Assembly (NCBI GenBank): GCA_965248835.1
Contig: CBDFLJ010000002.1
Span: 1,952,001 to 2,016,000 of the forward strand
Length of the DNA stretch: 64,000 nucleotides
Source: Alphaproteobacteria bacterium
Lineage (GTDB): Bacteria; Pseudomonadota; Alphaproteobacteria; MPNO01
Reading direction: 5' to 3'
The position numbers and the translations under genes were made by a program. The notes beneath the pieces are model-generated. The model had not been told where the DNA came from. It searched no databases and saw only the letters and a list, made by a program, of their open reading frames with translations. This document shows, one piece after another, positions 9,550 through 19,920 of this stretch; positions within the stretch are counted from its first letter, which is position 1, and each line of letters begins with the position of its first letter.

Positions 9550-10722
9550 CTACGTGTTTGCACGGGCCCCCGGCAGCAGGCCTATGGCGGTCAGCCCGAG
9601 CGCGCCGAGGACACAAACGGCAAAAACGTAGAACCCCGCAGTCAAGCCGATCCCATCGACCACCGCGCCCATCGCGACCGGGACGATCATCCCGGCGACG
9701 CGGTTGACGGTCGTGCGTACCCCGATGCTCATGCCCTGCCGGTCGGCGCCGACCGACCGGGCCAGCACATAGAGCATCAGCGGAAAGGCGATGCCGGCGA
9801 CCACGCCCCAGAAGACCGCCAGTCCCAGCAGGCTCCAGAAGGTCTCGAACAGGACGACCTGGGACATGCCCAGCGTGGTCAGCGCGATCGCGACGACCAG
9901 CAGGAGGTTGGGGTCGATCCGCCGCGTCGCGAACCCGGCCGAGAGCCCGGACAGGCCCGAGATCGCCGAGCCCGTAGCCACCAGGATGCCGATCAGGGTT
10001 CCGGTCAGGCCGAGCGATTCGAGATAGACCGGATAGAAGGAATGGCGCAGCGCGTGGGTGCAGGTCATCAGGAACGAGCACGCGATGACGAATCCGACCG
10101 CCGGCGCGGTGATCATCCGGACCGCCTCGGCGTAGTCGCCGAGCCGCGGCCGCAGCGAGCCGTTACCGGCGGCAGGGGCGGCCTCGCCGGGCTGCAAGGC
10201 CACGGTCGCCAGCGCACCGGCCGACCACAGGGCGAGCACCCAGAACGCGCCGGCCGGGCCCCACAAATCCCACGCCGTCCCGCAAATCAGCGGCCCGACC
10301 AGATTGCCCGACGTCGAAACGAACGTGAACCGACCTATCAGCGCCGGGTCGTCCTGGCGCAGCCGGCTGACATGGGTCTGCGCGCCCATCCACAGCAGCC
10401 CTTGCGCAAACCCGGTCACGAGCTGGAGGACGATCAGCGCGCCCACCCAAGGCAGGACGGTATAGAGCGGGAATGCGGCCGCGGCCAGCAAGGCGGCGCC
10501 CGCCATGATCCGGTTGATCCCCAACCGGTCCATCAGCGCGCCGCCGGGGATCGACAGCACAACCGACAGGGCCGCGCGCGCACCCAGCACGAGGCCGATC
10601 ATAAACGGACTCGCACCGATTTCGATCGCCCACAGCGGGACCGCCACCGTCATCATCGGAACCAGGCCGAGGCTGAAGAATCCGCCCGCGAAGATGGCCG
10701 CACGCTGTTTCGAAAAGGCCAT
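9550..10722 (-). CDS. MFS transporter
   Basis: About 12 hydrophobic segments; GALMDRLG motif A. Confidence 0.85.
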   Translation of the reverse strand: MAFSKQRAAIFAGGFFSLGLVPMMTVAVPLWAIEIGASPFMIGLVLGARAALSVVLSIPGGALMDRLGINRIMAGAALLAAAAFPLYTVLPWVGALIVLQLVTGFAQGLLWMGAQTHVSRLRQDDPALIGRFTFVSTSGNLVGPLICGTAWDLWGPAGAFWVLALWSAGALATVALQPGEAAPAAGNGSLRPRLGDYAEAVRMITAPAVGFVIACSFLMTCTHALRHSFYPVYLESLGLTGTLIGILVATGSAISGLSGLSAGFATRRIDPNLLLVVAIALTTLGMSQVVLFETFWSLLGLAVFWGVVAGIAFPLMLYVLARSVGADRQGMSIGVRTTVNRVAGMIVPVAMGAVVDGIGLTAGFYVFAVCVLGALGLTAIGLLPGARANT

Positions 10723-10757
10723 TGCGCGGAGTATAATCGGCCGGCCTCGCCGGGAGT

Positions 10758-11591
10758 ATGCCGATGCCCATCACCGTGAAGCCGCTTTCCGAAACGATCG
10801 GTGCCGAGATCGGCGGCATCGACCTGTCACGGCCGGCCGACGAGGCGGCACGCCGGGCGATTCACCGCGCCTTCCTGGACCATCTGGTGATCCTGTTCCG
10901 TGATCAGGACCTGTCGGAGACCGACCAGGAGGGTTTCTGTCATCTCTTCGGCGAGCTCGAGCTGGTCAAGTCCTCCCGGTCCAAGAACAAGGACCAGCCG
11001 CACATCATGTTCGTCTCCAACGTCCGCAACGAGGGGTTCCAGACGACGCTGGAAGACGGCGAAATGTGGTTCCATTCCGACCAGTGCTATTACGAAGCGC
11101 CGGTGATGGCCACGACCCTGTATGCCATCGAAGTGCCGCCGGTGGGCGGCAACACGCTGTTCGCCAGCGCCTATGCCGCCTACGACGCCCTGCCGGAGGC
11201 GCTCAGGGCGCCGCTCGAGGGCAAGCGCGCGCTCAACGTCTACGACATCGCGTACAACGCCTTGGCCAAGATCCGCGAGTCGCGGCCCGAGGCGCCCAAA
11301 TGGGCTCATCCGGTCTTCCGCACCCATCCCGAGACCGGGCGCAGGGCGCTCTACGTCAACCGCCTGATGACCGATTACATCGAGGGCATGGACCGGGCCG
11401 AAAGCGATGCCCTGCTCGAAGCGGTCTACAACCACATGGAGAACCCCGCCTTCACCTACGAGCATGTCTGGCGGGCGGGCGACCTGCTGCTGTGGGACAA
11501 CCGCTGCGCGCTGCATGCGCGGACCGACTTCGATCCCGGCCACCGCCGCATCCTGCGCCGCATGACGGTCAAGGGCGACGTGCCGTTCTGA
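10758..11591 (+). CDS. TauD/TfdA family Fe(II)/2-oxoglutarate dioxygenase
   Basis: IGAEIGGIDLS, WFHSD, GGNTLFAS, HPVFRTHPETGR, WDNRCALHAR. Confidence 0.92.
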   Translation: MPMPITVKPLSETIGAEIGGIDLSRPADEAARRAIHRAFLDHLVILFRDQDLSETDQEGFCHLFGELELVKSSRSKNKDQPHIMFVSNVRNEGFQTTLEDGEMWFHSDQCYYEAPVMATTLYAIEVPPVGGNTLFASAYAAYDALPEALRAPLEGKRALNVYDIAYNALAKIRESRPEAPKWAHPVFRTHPETGRRALYVNRLMTDYIEGMDRAESDALLEAVYNHMENPAFTYEHVWRAGDLLLWDNRCALHARTDFDPGHRRILRRMTVKGDVPF

Positions 11592-11713
11592 AAGCCATCG
11601 TCGGTTGGCGATTCTCCCGCCGGCCGATAGTCTGACGCTTTAGCGGACAATTCAGCGATTGGGGGCCGGACCGGCGGGGCCGGTGCGCGGCCGCGTGCGA
11701 GGAAACGGAGCGG

Positions 11714-12586
11714 ATGGACGAACTCAGACTGATGAATGCGGCCGGGACCTGCAAGACGATGGAGGACGTCGAGCGCTTCGGCGGCGTGCCGATCACCGAG
11801 CTGACCCTGGGCTCGGTGACGCCGCTGCGGCGCGAAGGCAACGAAGGCACGACGTTCTGGATCGACGACCGCACGGGCGCCTCGCTGAACGCGCTGGGGC
11901 TGCCCAACCCGGGGCTCGAATACTACCGCGCGCACCTGCCTCGGATGGCCGAGACCGTCCACCAAGCGGGCAAGGCGCTGCGTGTCAGCCTCGCCGGGTT
12001 CTCGCTGGAAGACTACCGGACGCTTGCCGAGGGCGTTGCGCCCTTCGAGATCGATACGATCGAGATCAATTTGAGCTGCCCCAATGTCTGGGACGGCGCC
12101 GACCAGAAGCCGATTTTTGCGCTTGACCCGATGCTGGTCGACGAGGTGTGCCGGATCGTGGCAAGCGTGACACCGAGGCGCACAGGCCTTGCCGTCAAGC
12201 TCGCGCCGTGCGATCCGCTTCTCCTGAAGCGCCTCGCCGAGACCGTTGCCCGGGCGCCGCGCATCGGCGAGGTCGTGGCCGTCAACACCATCCCCAACGC
12301 CTTCGTCTTCGATGACACCGGGCGGGCCGCAATCGGCGGCAATGGCCTTGCCGGCCTTGGCGGCCGCGCGCTCAAGCCGGTGGCGCTGGGCCACGTCCAC
12401 CAGCTCCGCGCCCTGCTGCCCGACCGAATCGCGATCACCGGCGTCGGCGGCATCTTCGAGGGCCGCGATGTGACCGACTACACGAGGGCCGGCGCCACCG
12501 CCGTTCAGGTCGGCACCGCGTGCTACGCCTACGGCGCGGGCGTCTTCCAGGACATCATCGCCGAGTTCCTCGACCTGGCGGCATAG
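11714..12586 (+). CDS. pyrD: Dihydroorotate dehydrogenase, class 1 (1A-like, soluble)
   Basis: MNAAG, RxGN, SLNALGLPNPG, EINLSCPN, AVKLAP, VNTIPN, GLGG, GVGGI, VQVGTA; no N-terminal membrane/quinone domain. Confidence 0.85.
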   Translation: MDELRLMNAAGTCKTMEDVERFGGVPITELTLGSVTPLRREGNEGTTFWIDDRTGASLNALGLPNPGLEYYRAHLPRMAETVHQAGKALRVSLAGFSLEDYRTLAEGVAPFEIDTIEINLSCPNVWDGADQKPIFALDPMLVDEVCRIVASVTPRRTGLAVKLAPCDPLLLKRLAETVARAPRIGEVVAVNTIPNAFVFDDTGRAAIGGNGLAGLGGRALKPVALGHVHQLRALLPDRIAITGVGGIFEGRDVTDYTRAGATAVQVGTACYAYGAGVFQDIIAEFLDLAA

Positions 12587-12597
12587 GAAAACCCGCC

Positions 12598-13326
12598 TCA
12601 GCGCGAGGACATGATGACCGACAGGAGGTTGCCGGCGTAGTCGGCGGCGTTGCCGGTTTCCATCAGCCGGGCGCGGGAGAGGTATTGCTTGCAGGTCGCC
12701 AGCGACTCGCGGCTGCGTTCGGCGAGCGCGACAAGCAGGGCCTCCGTCTCGGCGGCGAGCGCGCCGGGCGCGGCGACGTGGCTGACGAAGCCCAGGCTGC
12801 GGGCGGTCTCGGCGTCGACCTCACCGGTCGAATAGACCAGCCATGCGATCGCTTTGGGCATGGTCCGGTCGATATGGGCGCACATGGCAAGCGTCGGCGG
12901 CAGGTCGTGCAGCATCTCGGGCAGGCTGAAACGCGCATTGGGGGCGGCGATCGTGATGTCGCAGACGGCCGAGGCCGCGCAGCCGAAACCGCGGGCCTGG
13001 CCCTGAACCGAAGCGACGACCGGCACTTCGGCGCCGCGGACCGCGGCGTAGTAGCCGAGGATCGGCGCGGTGAGCTGGGCACGCATCTGGAGGGCGGTCT
13101 TGGGCGCGGCTTCCGGCGCGCCGGCCGGATCGCGGCCACGGCAGAAGTCATCGCCCGCGGCCGAGATCGCGATCGCCTTGACGGCAGGGTCGCGCCCGGC
13201 ATCGGTGATGCTCGCGGTCAGCTCGGCAACCATGCCGACCGTCAGCATGTTGCCGGCATCGGCACGGTCGAGCCGGATGCGCTCGATCGCGCCGTCTCGC
13301 TGCCGCACGATGGTCTGCTCGCTCAT
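12598..13326 (-). CDS. Enoyl-CoA hydratase/isomerase (crotonase) family
   Basis: DFCRGRD, VVASVQGQARGFG, CDITIA, FSLPE. Confidence 0.85.
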   Translation of the reverse strand: MSEQTIVRQRDGAIERIRLDRADAGNMLTVGMVAELTASITDAGRDPAVKAIAISAAGDDFCRGRDPAGAPEAAPKTALQMRAQLTAPILGYYAAVRGAEVPVVASVQGQARGFGCAASAVCDITIAAPNARFSLPEMLHDLPPTLAMCAHIDRTMPKAIAWLVYSTGEVDAETARSLGFVSHVAAPGALAAETEALLVALAERSRESLATCKQYLSRARLMETGNAADYAGNLLSVIMSSR

Positions 13327-14543
13327 GGCGTCTTCTCCCCAGGTCCACCGACGATTCCGGCCTCGATCGCCGCGTCGATCTCGGCACCCGCCATGCCGAG
13401 CACGCTTTCCAGCACAGCGCGGGTATCCGCGCCCAGCGCCGGCGGGTAGGTGTGCTCGGCCGGTCCGGCGCCGGAAAGAACGATCGGGTTGCCTGCAACC
13501 CGGATCGTCGCGCCGTCCTTGGCGGCGAGCTCGAGCACCATGCCGCGGTGGACGACCTGCGGGTCCGACAGCGCGGCTTCGAGCGTGTTCACCCGGCCGA
13601 CCGGGATGCCGGCTTCGAGCAGCAGGGGGACCCAGGCGCCCGCCTCCCTGGCCTGGAACGCCGCCTCGAGGACCGGCCACAGCTCGAACCGGTTGGCATA
13701 GCGGTCGTCGTTGGTCAGAAACCGCGGATCTTCGATCAATTCGTCGAGATCGAGCACCCTGCAAAGCGCCTGCCACATGCGTTCGGTATTGGCGGTGATC
13801 ACCAGCTCGGTGTCGTTGCGGGCATCAAAGGACCGGTAGGTCGGGATCGAGGCGTGGCCCCGGCCCTGCCGGCCGGGCTCGACGCCCGAGTGCAGGAAAT
13901 AGGCCGCCTGGTAGCACAGCATCGCGACCTGGCAGTCGAGCATCGCGATATCGACCATCCGGCCGCGCCCGGTGCGGCGGCGCTCTTCAAGCGCGGCCAG
14001 CACCCCGATCACTCCGTACATGCCGGCGCACAGGTCGCCGATCGGGATGCCGGCGCGGACCGCGGGCTCGCCCGGCTGCCCGGTCATGCTCATCCCGCCC
14101 GACAGCGCCTGAACGATCATGTCGTAGGCCGGCCGGTCGCGGTCGGGTCCGTCCTGGCCGAACCCGCTGATCGAGCACCAGATCAGCCCGGGCGTCTGCG
14201 CGGCCAGCGCGGCCCCATCGAGCCCCAGCCGCGCCAGAACGCCAGGGCGAAAATTCTCCATCACGATGTCGGAAGCCGCCGCCAGCCGCTTGACCAGCGC
14301 CAGCCCTTCGGCGGACTTCATGTCCGCAACGATGCTCTTCTTGTTGCGGTTGATGCTGAGATAGTAGGCGCTGTCCTGGCCGACGAAGTGCGGCGGCAGC
14401 GTGCGCGACCAGTCGCCCGAGGGCGCTTCGAGCTTGAGCACCTCGGCGCCGAGATCGCCCAGGATCTGGGTCGCGAAAGGTCCTGCCAGAAACTGGGTCA
14501 GGTCGAGGACCCGGAGGCCCGCAAGCGGGCCCGCCCCGCTCAT
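13323..14543 (-). CDS. CaiB/BaiF family III CoA transferase
   Basis: PLAGLRVLDL, AGPF, INRNKKS, ENFRPG, SISGFGQDGP, AYDMIVQA. Confidence 0.93.
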   Translation of the reverse strand: MSGAGPLAGLRVLDLTQFLAGPFATQILGDLGAEVLKLEAPSGDWSRTLPPHFVGQDSAYYLSINRNKKSIVADMKSAEGLALVKRLAAASDIVMENFRPGVLARLGLDGAALAAQTPGLIWCSISGFGQDGPDRDRPAYDMIVQALSGGMSMTGQPGEPAVRAGIPIGDLCAGMYGVIGVLAALEERRRTGRGRMVDIAMLDCQVAMLCYQAAYFLHSGVEPGRQGRGHASIPTYRSFDARNDTELVITANTERMWQALCRVLDLDELIEDPRFLTNDDRYANRFELWPVLEAAFQAREAGAWVPLLLEAGIPVGRVNTLEAALSDPQVVHRGMVLELAAKDGATIRVAGNPIVLSGAGPAEHTYPPALGADTRAVLESVLGMAGAEIDAAIEAGIVGGPGEKTP

Positions 14544-16879
14544 GCTGCGCGCGCCCTCGCCGCCTCGATCAACGCAACCAGGCGGCCCGGCATGATCGGC
14601 ACCTCGTCGATCCTGACGCCGAGCGGGGAAAGCGCATCCTCGATCGCGGCCACGATCGCAGCCAGCGCCGGGATCGTCCCGCCCTCGCCGGCGCCCTTGA
14701 CGCCGAGCGGGTTGTTGGGCGTCGGCGACTCGATATGGGCCACGTCGACGCGGGGAATCTCGGCGGCGCTCGGCAGCAGGTAGTCGGCGAACGTCGTCGT
14801 AATCGGCTGGGCATCGGCGTCATAACCCATCCATTCGTACAGCGCGTTGCCGATGCCGTGGGCGCACGCGCCCTGGATCTGGCCGTCGACGATGAACGGG
14901 TTGATCAGCCGTCCCGAATCGTGAGCCATGGCATAGTTCAGGATCTCGACGTTGCCGGTCTCGGCATCGACCTCGACCTCGACCACCGCGGTCCCGTTGC
15001 AATAGGCCGATTGCGGCGGCGAGAAGTACTGGGTGGATTCGAGTCCGGGCTCGACGCCGCCGGGCAGCGAGAAGCCGGGCATTCCCTGGACCGCGCGGGC
15101 GACCTCGCGCAGAGTGATGGTCATTTCGGGCACGCCCTTGACGAAGATCCGGCCGTCTTCGATGTCGAGGTCTTCCTCGGCCGCCTCCAGGAGATGGGAG
15201 GCGACCTTGAGCGCCTTCTCGCGCACGGCGGTCGCGGCCAGGTGGACCGAGTTGCCGGCATTGACGGCAATCCGGCTGGCAAACGTCCCGACGCCGTTGG
15301 CGATCTTGCCGGTATCGCCGACCTCGACGGTGATCTGATCGGGTGCGACGCCGAGCGGCCCGGCACAGAGCTGGGCGAGCGTGGTCCAATGGCCCTGCCC
15401 GGAATCCCCGCCGCCGGTATAGACGGTGATCTGCCCGTTGGAATGGATCCGCACCGTCGCCCCTTCGAACGGGCCAAGACCGGTGCCTTCGACATAGTTG
15501 GCGATGCCGATGCCGACATGACGGCCGGCCGTGCGCGCTTCTGCCTGCCGGGCGGCGAAGCCGTCATAGCCGGCCTTGGCCAGTGCCTCCTCCTGGCAGC
15601 GCGGGTAGTCGCCGCTGTCATAGGTCATCGGCTTGCCGTCGCGGAAGATCAGCCCGAGACTGTAGGGCATCTCCGCTGCGGGGATGAAATTCCGCCGGCG
15701 GATCTCGGCCCGGTCGATGCCGATGCCGTCGGCCGCGCGGTCCATCAGCCTCTCCATGGCGAAGACTGCCTGCGGCCGGCCGGCGCCGCGCACCGGGGTG
15801 ACCGCGACCTTGTTGGTCAGCGCCACCTGCGTGGTCAGCTCGTAGGCCGGCACCACATAGGGGCCGGGTACGGTTGTGGCGGAGATGTAGGGGCTGATGA
15901 TCCCCCACGGCATGTAGGCGCCGGTGTCATGGATCATCTCGCCGCGCAGGCCGAGGATCCTGCCCTCGCCGTCGCAGGCGATCTCCATCTCCCAGTACTG
16001 GTCGCGCTCCTGGTTGGTGGCAACGAAGTTTTCGCGCCGGTCCTCGATCCACTTGATCGGCCGGCCGTAGGCCCGCGCGCAGAACGGGATCAGGGCCTCC
16101 TCGACATAGTAGATCGTCTTGGGCCCGAACCCGCCGCCGACCTCGGGCGCGATCACCCGCAGCCGGTCATTGGGCCAGTCGAGCATGTCGACGACATTCA
16201 TCTTGACCAGGAAGGGCGATTGCGTCGCCGACCACAGCGTGACGATCTCGCGCAAGTCGTCGTATTCGGCGACGACCGCGCGGTTCTCGATCGCATGCCC
16301 GCCGCCGCGGTGGCTGTGGGCGGAGACCTTGAAGCGGTGGCGGGCGGATGCGAACGCGCTGTCGACATCGCCGTAGCCGAGCTTGAATCTGGCGCCCTCG
16401 TTGCCCTCGGCGCCGAGATGGCAGGCGGGTGCACCGGCCGCCAGCGCGTCGCGGCAGTCCGAGGCCGCCCCCAACACCTCGTAGTCGACGGCGATGGCAT
16501 CGGCCGCGTCTTCGGCTTGGTAGCGGTTCTCGGCGAGCACCATCGCGATCGGCTCGCCGACGAAGCAGACCTCCTCGTCTTCAAGGAGCCGCTGCTGGAA
16601 CGGCTGGGTGATCGACGGGTTGGGGACCTGGAAGGGTACCCGAACCGTCCGCAGCGCGCCCGGCAGGTCGGCGCTGGTGACGATTTTGAAGACGCCGGGC
16701 ATCGCCGCAGCAGCTTCCGTGTCGATGCCGCGGATCCGCGCATGCGCGTGGGGGCTGCGCACGAACGCGGCCTGGAGCAGATGCGGCAGGTGGATGTCGT
16801 CGGTGTACCGGCCGCGCCCGGTGAGCAGCACCGGGTCCTCCAGCCGTTTGACTCGGGCGCCCATCATGCGTGCGCTCAT
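14540..16879 (-). CDS. Xanthine-dehydrogenase-family Mo-hydroxylase, large (molybdopterin) subunit
   Basis: EDPVLLTGRGRYTDD, VGGGFGPK, PVRGAGRPQA, GQGHWT, VDGQIQG, GVKGAGEGG. Confidence 0.93.
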   Translation of the reverse strand: MSARMMGARVKRLEDPVLLTGRGRYTDDIHLPHLLQAAFVRSPHAHARIRGIDTEAAAAMPGVFKIVTSADLPGALRTVRVPFQVPNPSITQPFQQRLLEDEEVCFVGEPIAMVLAENRYQAEDAADAIAVDYEVLGAASDCRDALAAGAPACHLGAEGNEGARFKLGYGDVDSAFASARHRFKVSAHSHRGGGHAIENRAVVAEYDDLREIVTLWSATQSPFLVKMNVVDMLDWPNDRLRVIAPEVGGGFGPKTIYYVEEALIPFCARAYGRPIKWIEDRRENFVATNQERDQYWEMEIACDGEGRILGLRGEMIHDTGAYMPWGIISPYISATTVPGPYVVPAYELTTQVALTNKVAVTPVRGAGRPQAVFAMERLMDRAADGIGIDRAEIRRRNFIPAAEMPYSLGLIFRDGKPMTYDSGDYPRCQEEALAKAGYDGFAARQAEARTAGRHVGIGIANYVEGTGLGPFEGATVRIHSNGQITVYTGGGDSGQGHWTTLAQLCAGPLGVAPDQITVEVGDTGKIANGVGTFASRIAVNAGNSVHLAATAVREKALKVASHLLEAAEEDLDIEDGRIFVKGVPEMTITLREVARAVQGMPGFSLPGGVEPGLESTQYFSPPQSAYCNGTAVVEVEVDAETGNVEILNYAMAHDSGRLINPFIVDGQIQGACAHGIGNALYEWMGYDADAQPITTTFADYLLPSAAEIPRVDVAHIESPTPNNPLGVKGAGEGGTIPALAAIVAAIEDALSPLGVRIDEVPIMPGRLVALIEAARARAA

Positions 16880-16950
16880 GGCCGAGACCCCGGGCGCGGC
16901 AAGGCGGCCGGCGGTCTATCGGATGCGGCGAACAGTCCCGGCATCCGGTG

Positions 16951-17448
16951 CTAGGCCCCGGCTCCCGCTTCGCCGCGCAGCCGGCCCGCGGCGTCGAGCG
17001 CCGCATCGACGATCCCCTGATAGCCGGTGCAACGGCACAGGTTGCCGGAAATCGCGATCCTGACCTCCTGCTCGGTGGGATCGGGGTTGTCGCGCAGGAA
17101 CTCCAGGAGCGTCGTCAGCATGCCGGGGGTGCAGAAGCCGCACTGCAGGCCGTGATTGTCCATGAAGGCCTGTTGCAGCGGGTGGAGCTCCTCCTCGTTG
17201 GGGGCGATGCCCTCGATGGTCAGGATCTCGTGACCGTCGGCCTGGACGGCGAGCATCAGACAGGACCGCGCGCTGATCTCGTCGAGCAGGATCGTGCAGG
17301 CGCCGCACACGCCGTGCTCGCAGCCGACATGGGTGCCGGTAAGCTCGACCTCGTGGCGGATGAAGTCGGACAGCAGGAGCCGGGTCTCGACCTCCCGTTC
17401 GTAGGTCTGACCGTTGATCGTTACGCTGATCTTCCTGGTGTCAGCCAT
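16951..17448 (-). CDS. Mo-hydroxylase small (2x[2Fe-2S]) subunit
   Basis: [28 protein letters not shown]. Confidence 0.94.
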   Translation of the reverse strand: MADTRKISVTINGQTYEREVETRLLLSDFIRHEVELTGTHVGCEHGVCGACTILLDEISARSCLMLAVQADGHEILTIEGIAPNEEELHPLQQAFMDNHGLQCGFCTPGMLTTLLEFLRDNPDPTEQEVRIAISGNLCRCTGYQGIVDAALDAAGRLRGEAGAGA

Positions 17449-18313
17449 CGGACCCTCCCAGACGCGTTTGCGCCTTTTCCAGCGCACGCCGGGACAAGAC
17501 GGCGGCCAGATGTTGGCGATAGGACGACGGCGCATGGATGTCCTCCAACGCATCGAACGCGCGGCACGTCTCCGCCGCCTCGGTGAACAGCTCGAGCGTG
17601 GGCTTCTGGCCCCGGATCATCGCCTCGGCCTCGGTGCAGCGCACCGGCGACGGCCCGACGCCGCTGACGATCAGCGAAACCCGCTCGACCGTGCCGGCGG
17701 CCGATGTCGTCAACAGGGCTGCGGCCGAGACGATGGCGAAATCGCCGTGGCGGCGGGAGAATTCGATGAAGGCATAGCCGTGGCCGTCCTGCCACAGCGG
17801 GAAGGTCACGCCGGTGACCAGCTCATCGAGCTCGATCGCAGGCGTCATGTAGCCTGCCGGGAAATCGGCCATCGCGATGTCGCGCGTGCCGGCCTTGTTG
17901 CTGACATGGACCGTCGCATCGAGCGCCATCGCGACCGCCGGCAGCTCGGCCGAGGGGTCGAGATGGGACATGCTGCCGCCCAGCGTGCCGCGGTTGCGGG
18001 TCTGGCGGTGGCCGACCTGCATGATCGCCTCGTGCATGATCGGGCAGCGCGCGGCGACAATCTCCGAGAACTCGATGTCGCGCTGGCGCGTCATGCCGCC
18101 GATCTTCAACGTCCCGTTGGGTGCCTCGATCCCGGACAGGCCCTCGACCCGGTTCAAGTCGATGATGTGGTCGGGCAGCACGTAGCGCATGTTGAGCATC
18201 GGCATCAGCGACTGCCCGCCGGCCAGGACCTTGGCGTTCTCCAGATCGCCCAGCAGTCCCAGCACATCCGGCACGGTTCGCGGGTCGTGGTAGGTGAAGA
18301 GCGGTGGTTTCAT
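17441..18313 (-). CDS. Mo-hydroxylase FAD-binding medium subunit
   Basis: MKPPLFTY, LAGGQSLMPMLN, RNRGTLGGS, SRRHGDFAIV. Confidence 0.93.
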   Translation of the reverse strand: MKPPLFTYHDPRTVPDVLGLLGDLENAKVLAGGQSLMPMLNMRYVLPDHIIDLNRVEGLSGIEAPNGTLKIGGMTRQRDIEFSEIVAARCPIMHEAIMQVGHRQTRNRGTLGGSMSHLDPSAELPAVAMALDATVHVSNKAGTRDIAMADFPAGYMTPAIELDELVTGVTFPLWQDGHGYAFIEFSRRHGDFAIVSAAALLTTSAAGTVERVSLIVSGVGPSPVRCTEAEAMIRGQKPTLELFTEAAETCRAFDALEDIHAPSSYRQHLAAVLSRRALEKAQTRLGGSDG

Positions 18314-18329
18314 CGCACTGCCTCGCGCC

Positions 18330-19469
18330 TCAGTTGGCGAAAATGTGGATCGAGCAGGCTCCGTGATCGAAGCCCGAGATTCCGCCGCCGGTGCAATGGG
18401 TGAGCCCGACGCGGGCGCCCTCGACCTGCCTGTCGCCGCACGCGCCACGGAGCTGGCGGACGATCTCGACGATCTGAGCGGCACCGGTGGCGCCCACCGG
18501 ATGGCCCTTCGACAACAGCCCGCCCGACGGGTTGACCGGGATACGCCCGCCGAGCGAAGTCTCGCCGTCCTCGAGCAGCCGGGCCGCATCGCCGCGCTCG
18601 CAGAACCCGAGCGCCTCGTAATAGAGCAATTCCGCGATGGTGAACGCGTCGTGGACTTCGGCGACGTCGATGTCGTCCGGGCCCAGGCCCGCCATCTCGT
18701 AGGCTTCCGCAGCACCGCGCACGGTGATCTCGGGCGTCGTCATGTCACGGTAGCCGGTCATGTACTTGCCCGACCCGAGCTCGGAAGCGAGCACGCGGAC
18801 CGGCTTGCCGGTGAAGCGACCGGCGACTTCATTTGCCGCGACGACCAGCGCCGCCGCGCCGTCGCCCGAGGGGCAGCAATGGAGCAGCGTGAACGGATCG
18901 GCGATGGGACGGGCCGCCATCACCTCCTCGACGCTCAGCCGGTTGCGGTATTGGGCATCGGCGTTGCGCGCGCCGTGCTCGTGCGCCTTGACCGCGACGC
19001 CGGCGAGCGTCTCGACCGTCAGCCCGTAGTCATGCATATACCGCTTGGCCCGCATGCCGTAGAGCGCCGGCATCACCATGCCGTGGGCGACCTCGAAATC
19101 CTCGCGTTCGAGCGGCAGCGTGCCGCCGCCGAACTTGGTGAGCTTCTCCACGCCGACGACCAGGGCGATGTCGTAAATCCCCGCCGCCACCGCAATCCAG
19201 GCCTCGCGGAAGGCCGAGGACGAGGACGAGCAGGCATTCTCGACGTTGACGATCGGAAGCCCGGTCAGCCCGACCGCCTTGAGCACGCGTTGGCCGGACA
19301 TCATCCCACCCAGCGCCGTACCGCAATAGGCCGCCCCGATATCGGCCTTGCCAACCCCCGCATCGACGATGGCGTCGCGAACGGCGGGCCAAGCGATCTC
19401 GGCCAGACTCTTGTCGGGATACTTGCCGAACCTCACCATGCCGGCGCCGATGACCGAGACGTCCCGCAT
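18330..19469 (-). CDS. SCP2-type thiolase family protein
   Basis: VENACSS, AEVHDAF, NPSGGLLSKGHPVGATG, HCTGG. Confidence 0.9.
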   Translation of the reverse strand: MRDVSVIGAGMVRFGKYPDKSLAEIAWPAVRDAIVDAGVGKADIGAAYCGTALGGMMSGQRVLKAVGLTGLPIVNVENACSSSSSAFREAWIAVAAGIYDIALVVGVEKLTKFGGGTLPLEREDFEVAHGMVMPALYGMRAKRYMHDYGLTVETLAGVAVKAHEHGARNADAQYRNRLSVEEVMAARPIADPFTLLHCCPSGDGAAALVVAANEVAGRFTGKPVRVLASELGSGKYMTGYRDMTTPEITVRGAAEAYEMAGLGPDDIDVAEVHDAFTIAELLYYEALGFCERGDAARLLEDGETSLGGRIPVNPSGGLLSKGHPVGATGAAQIVEIVRQLRGACGDRQVEGARVGLTHCTGGGISGFDHGACSIHIFAN

Positions 19470-19900
19470 CAGCCGCCTTCCTGCCGCGCGGCCGGGGTGA
19501 AGGCGTAGCTGGCAAAGGCGGTCCCGTCGGCATCGACGCCGAGCTCGGCGGTGGTCAGCTCCACCGGCATGTCCATGTCCAGCGCCTCCGGCGCGGCGTC
19601 GACGACGTGAGCGAACACGCGCACGCCTTCCGGCAGGTCGACATAGCCGGCGACATAGGGCACCCGCCAGCCGCGCGGCGCGACATGGACGGTGGAAAAA
19701 CTGTACAGCGTGCCCCGGCGGCTCAGTGTCAGCGCCTCCAGGTCTTCGGACAGGCATTCCGGGCAGATCGGGACCGGCGGAAAGACCCGCGCGCTACAGG
19801 CGCGGCACTCCGTGCCGACCAGTCGCAGCACGCCGTCCGCGCCGGTTTCCACCGCCTCGCCCGCGATCAGCGGCACCGCTCCATGAGCCGGGTCCGACAC
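19469..19900 (-). CDS. DUF35 Zn-ribbon/OB-fold thiolase partner
   Basis: CxxC...PP...CPxC, GTLYSFS, PYVAGYVDLPEG; GTG start after AAGGAG. Confidence 0.88.
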   Translation of the reverse strand: MSDPAHGAVPLIAGEAVETGADGVLRLVGTECRACSARVFPPVPICPECLSEDLEALTLSRRGTLYSFSTVHVAPRGWRVPYVAGYVDLPEGVRVFAHVVDAAPEALDMDMPVELTTAELGVDADGTAFASYAFTPAARQEGG

Positions 19901-19920
19901 CCAAGATATCTCCTTGCGAC

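Noticed and set aside
14540-18313. Aerobic CO dehydrogenase (coxMSL)
   Set aside because: The active-site loop is PVRGAGR, lacking the Cu-ligating Cys of AYxCSFR; no cox accessory genes are present.
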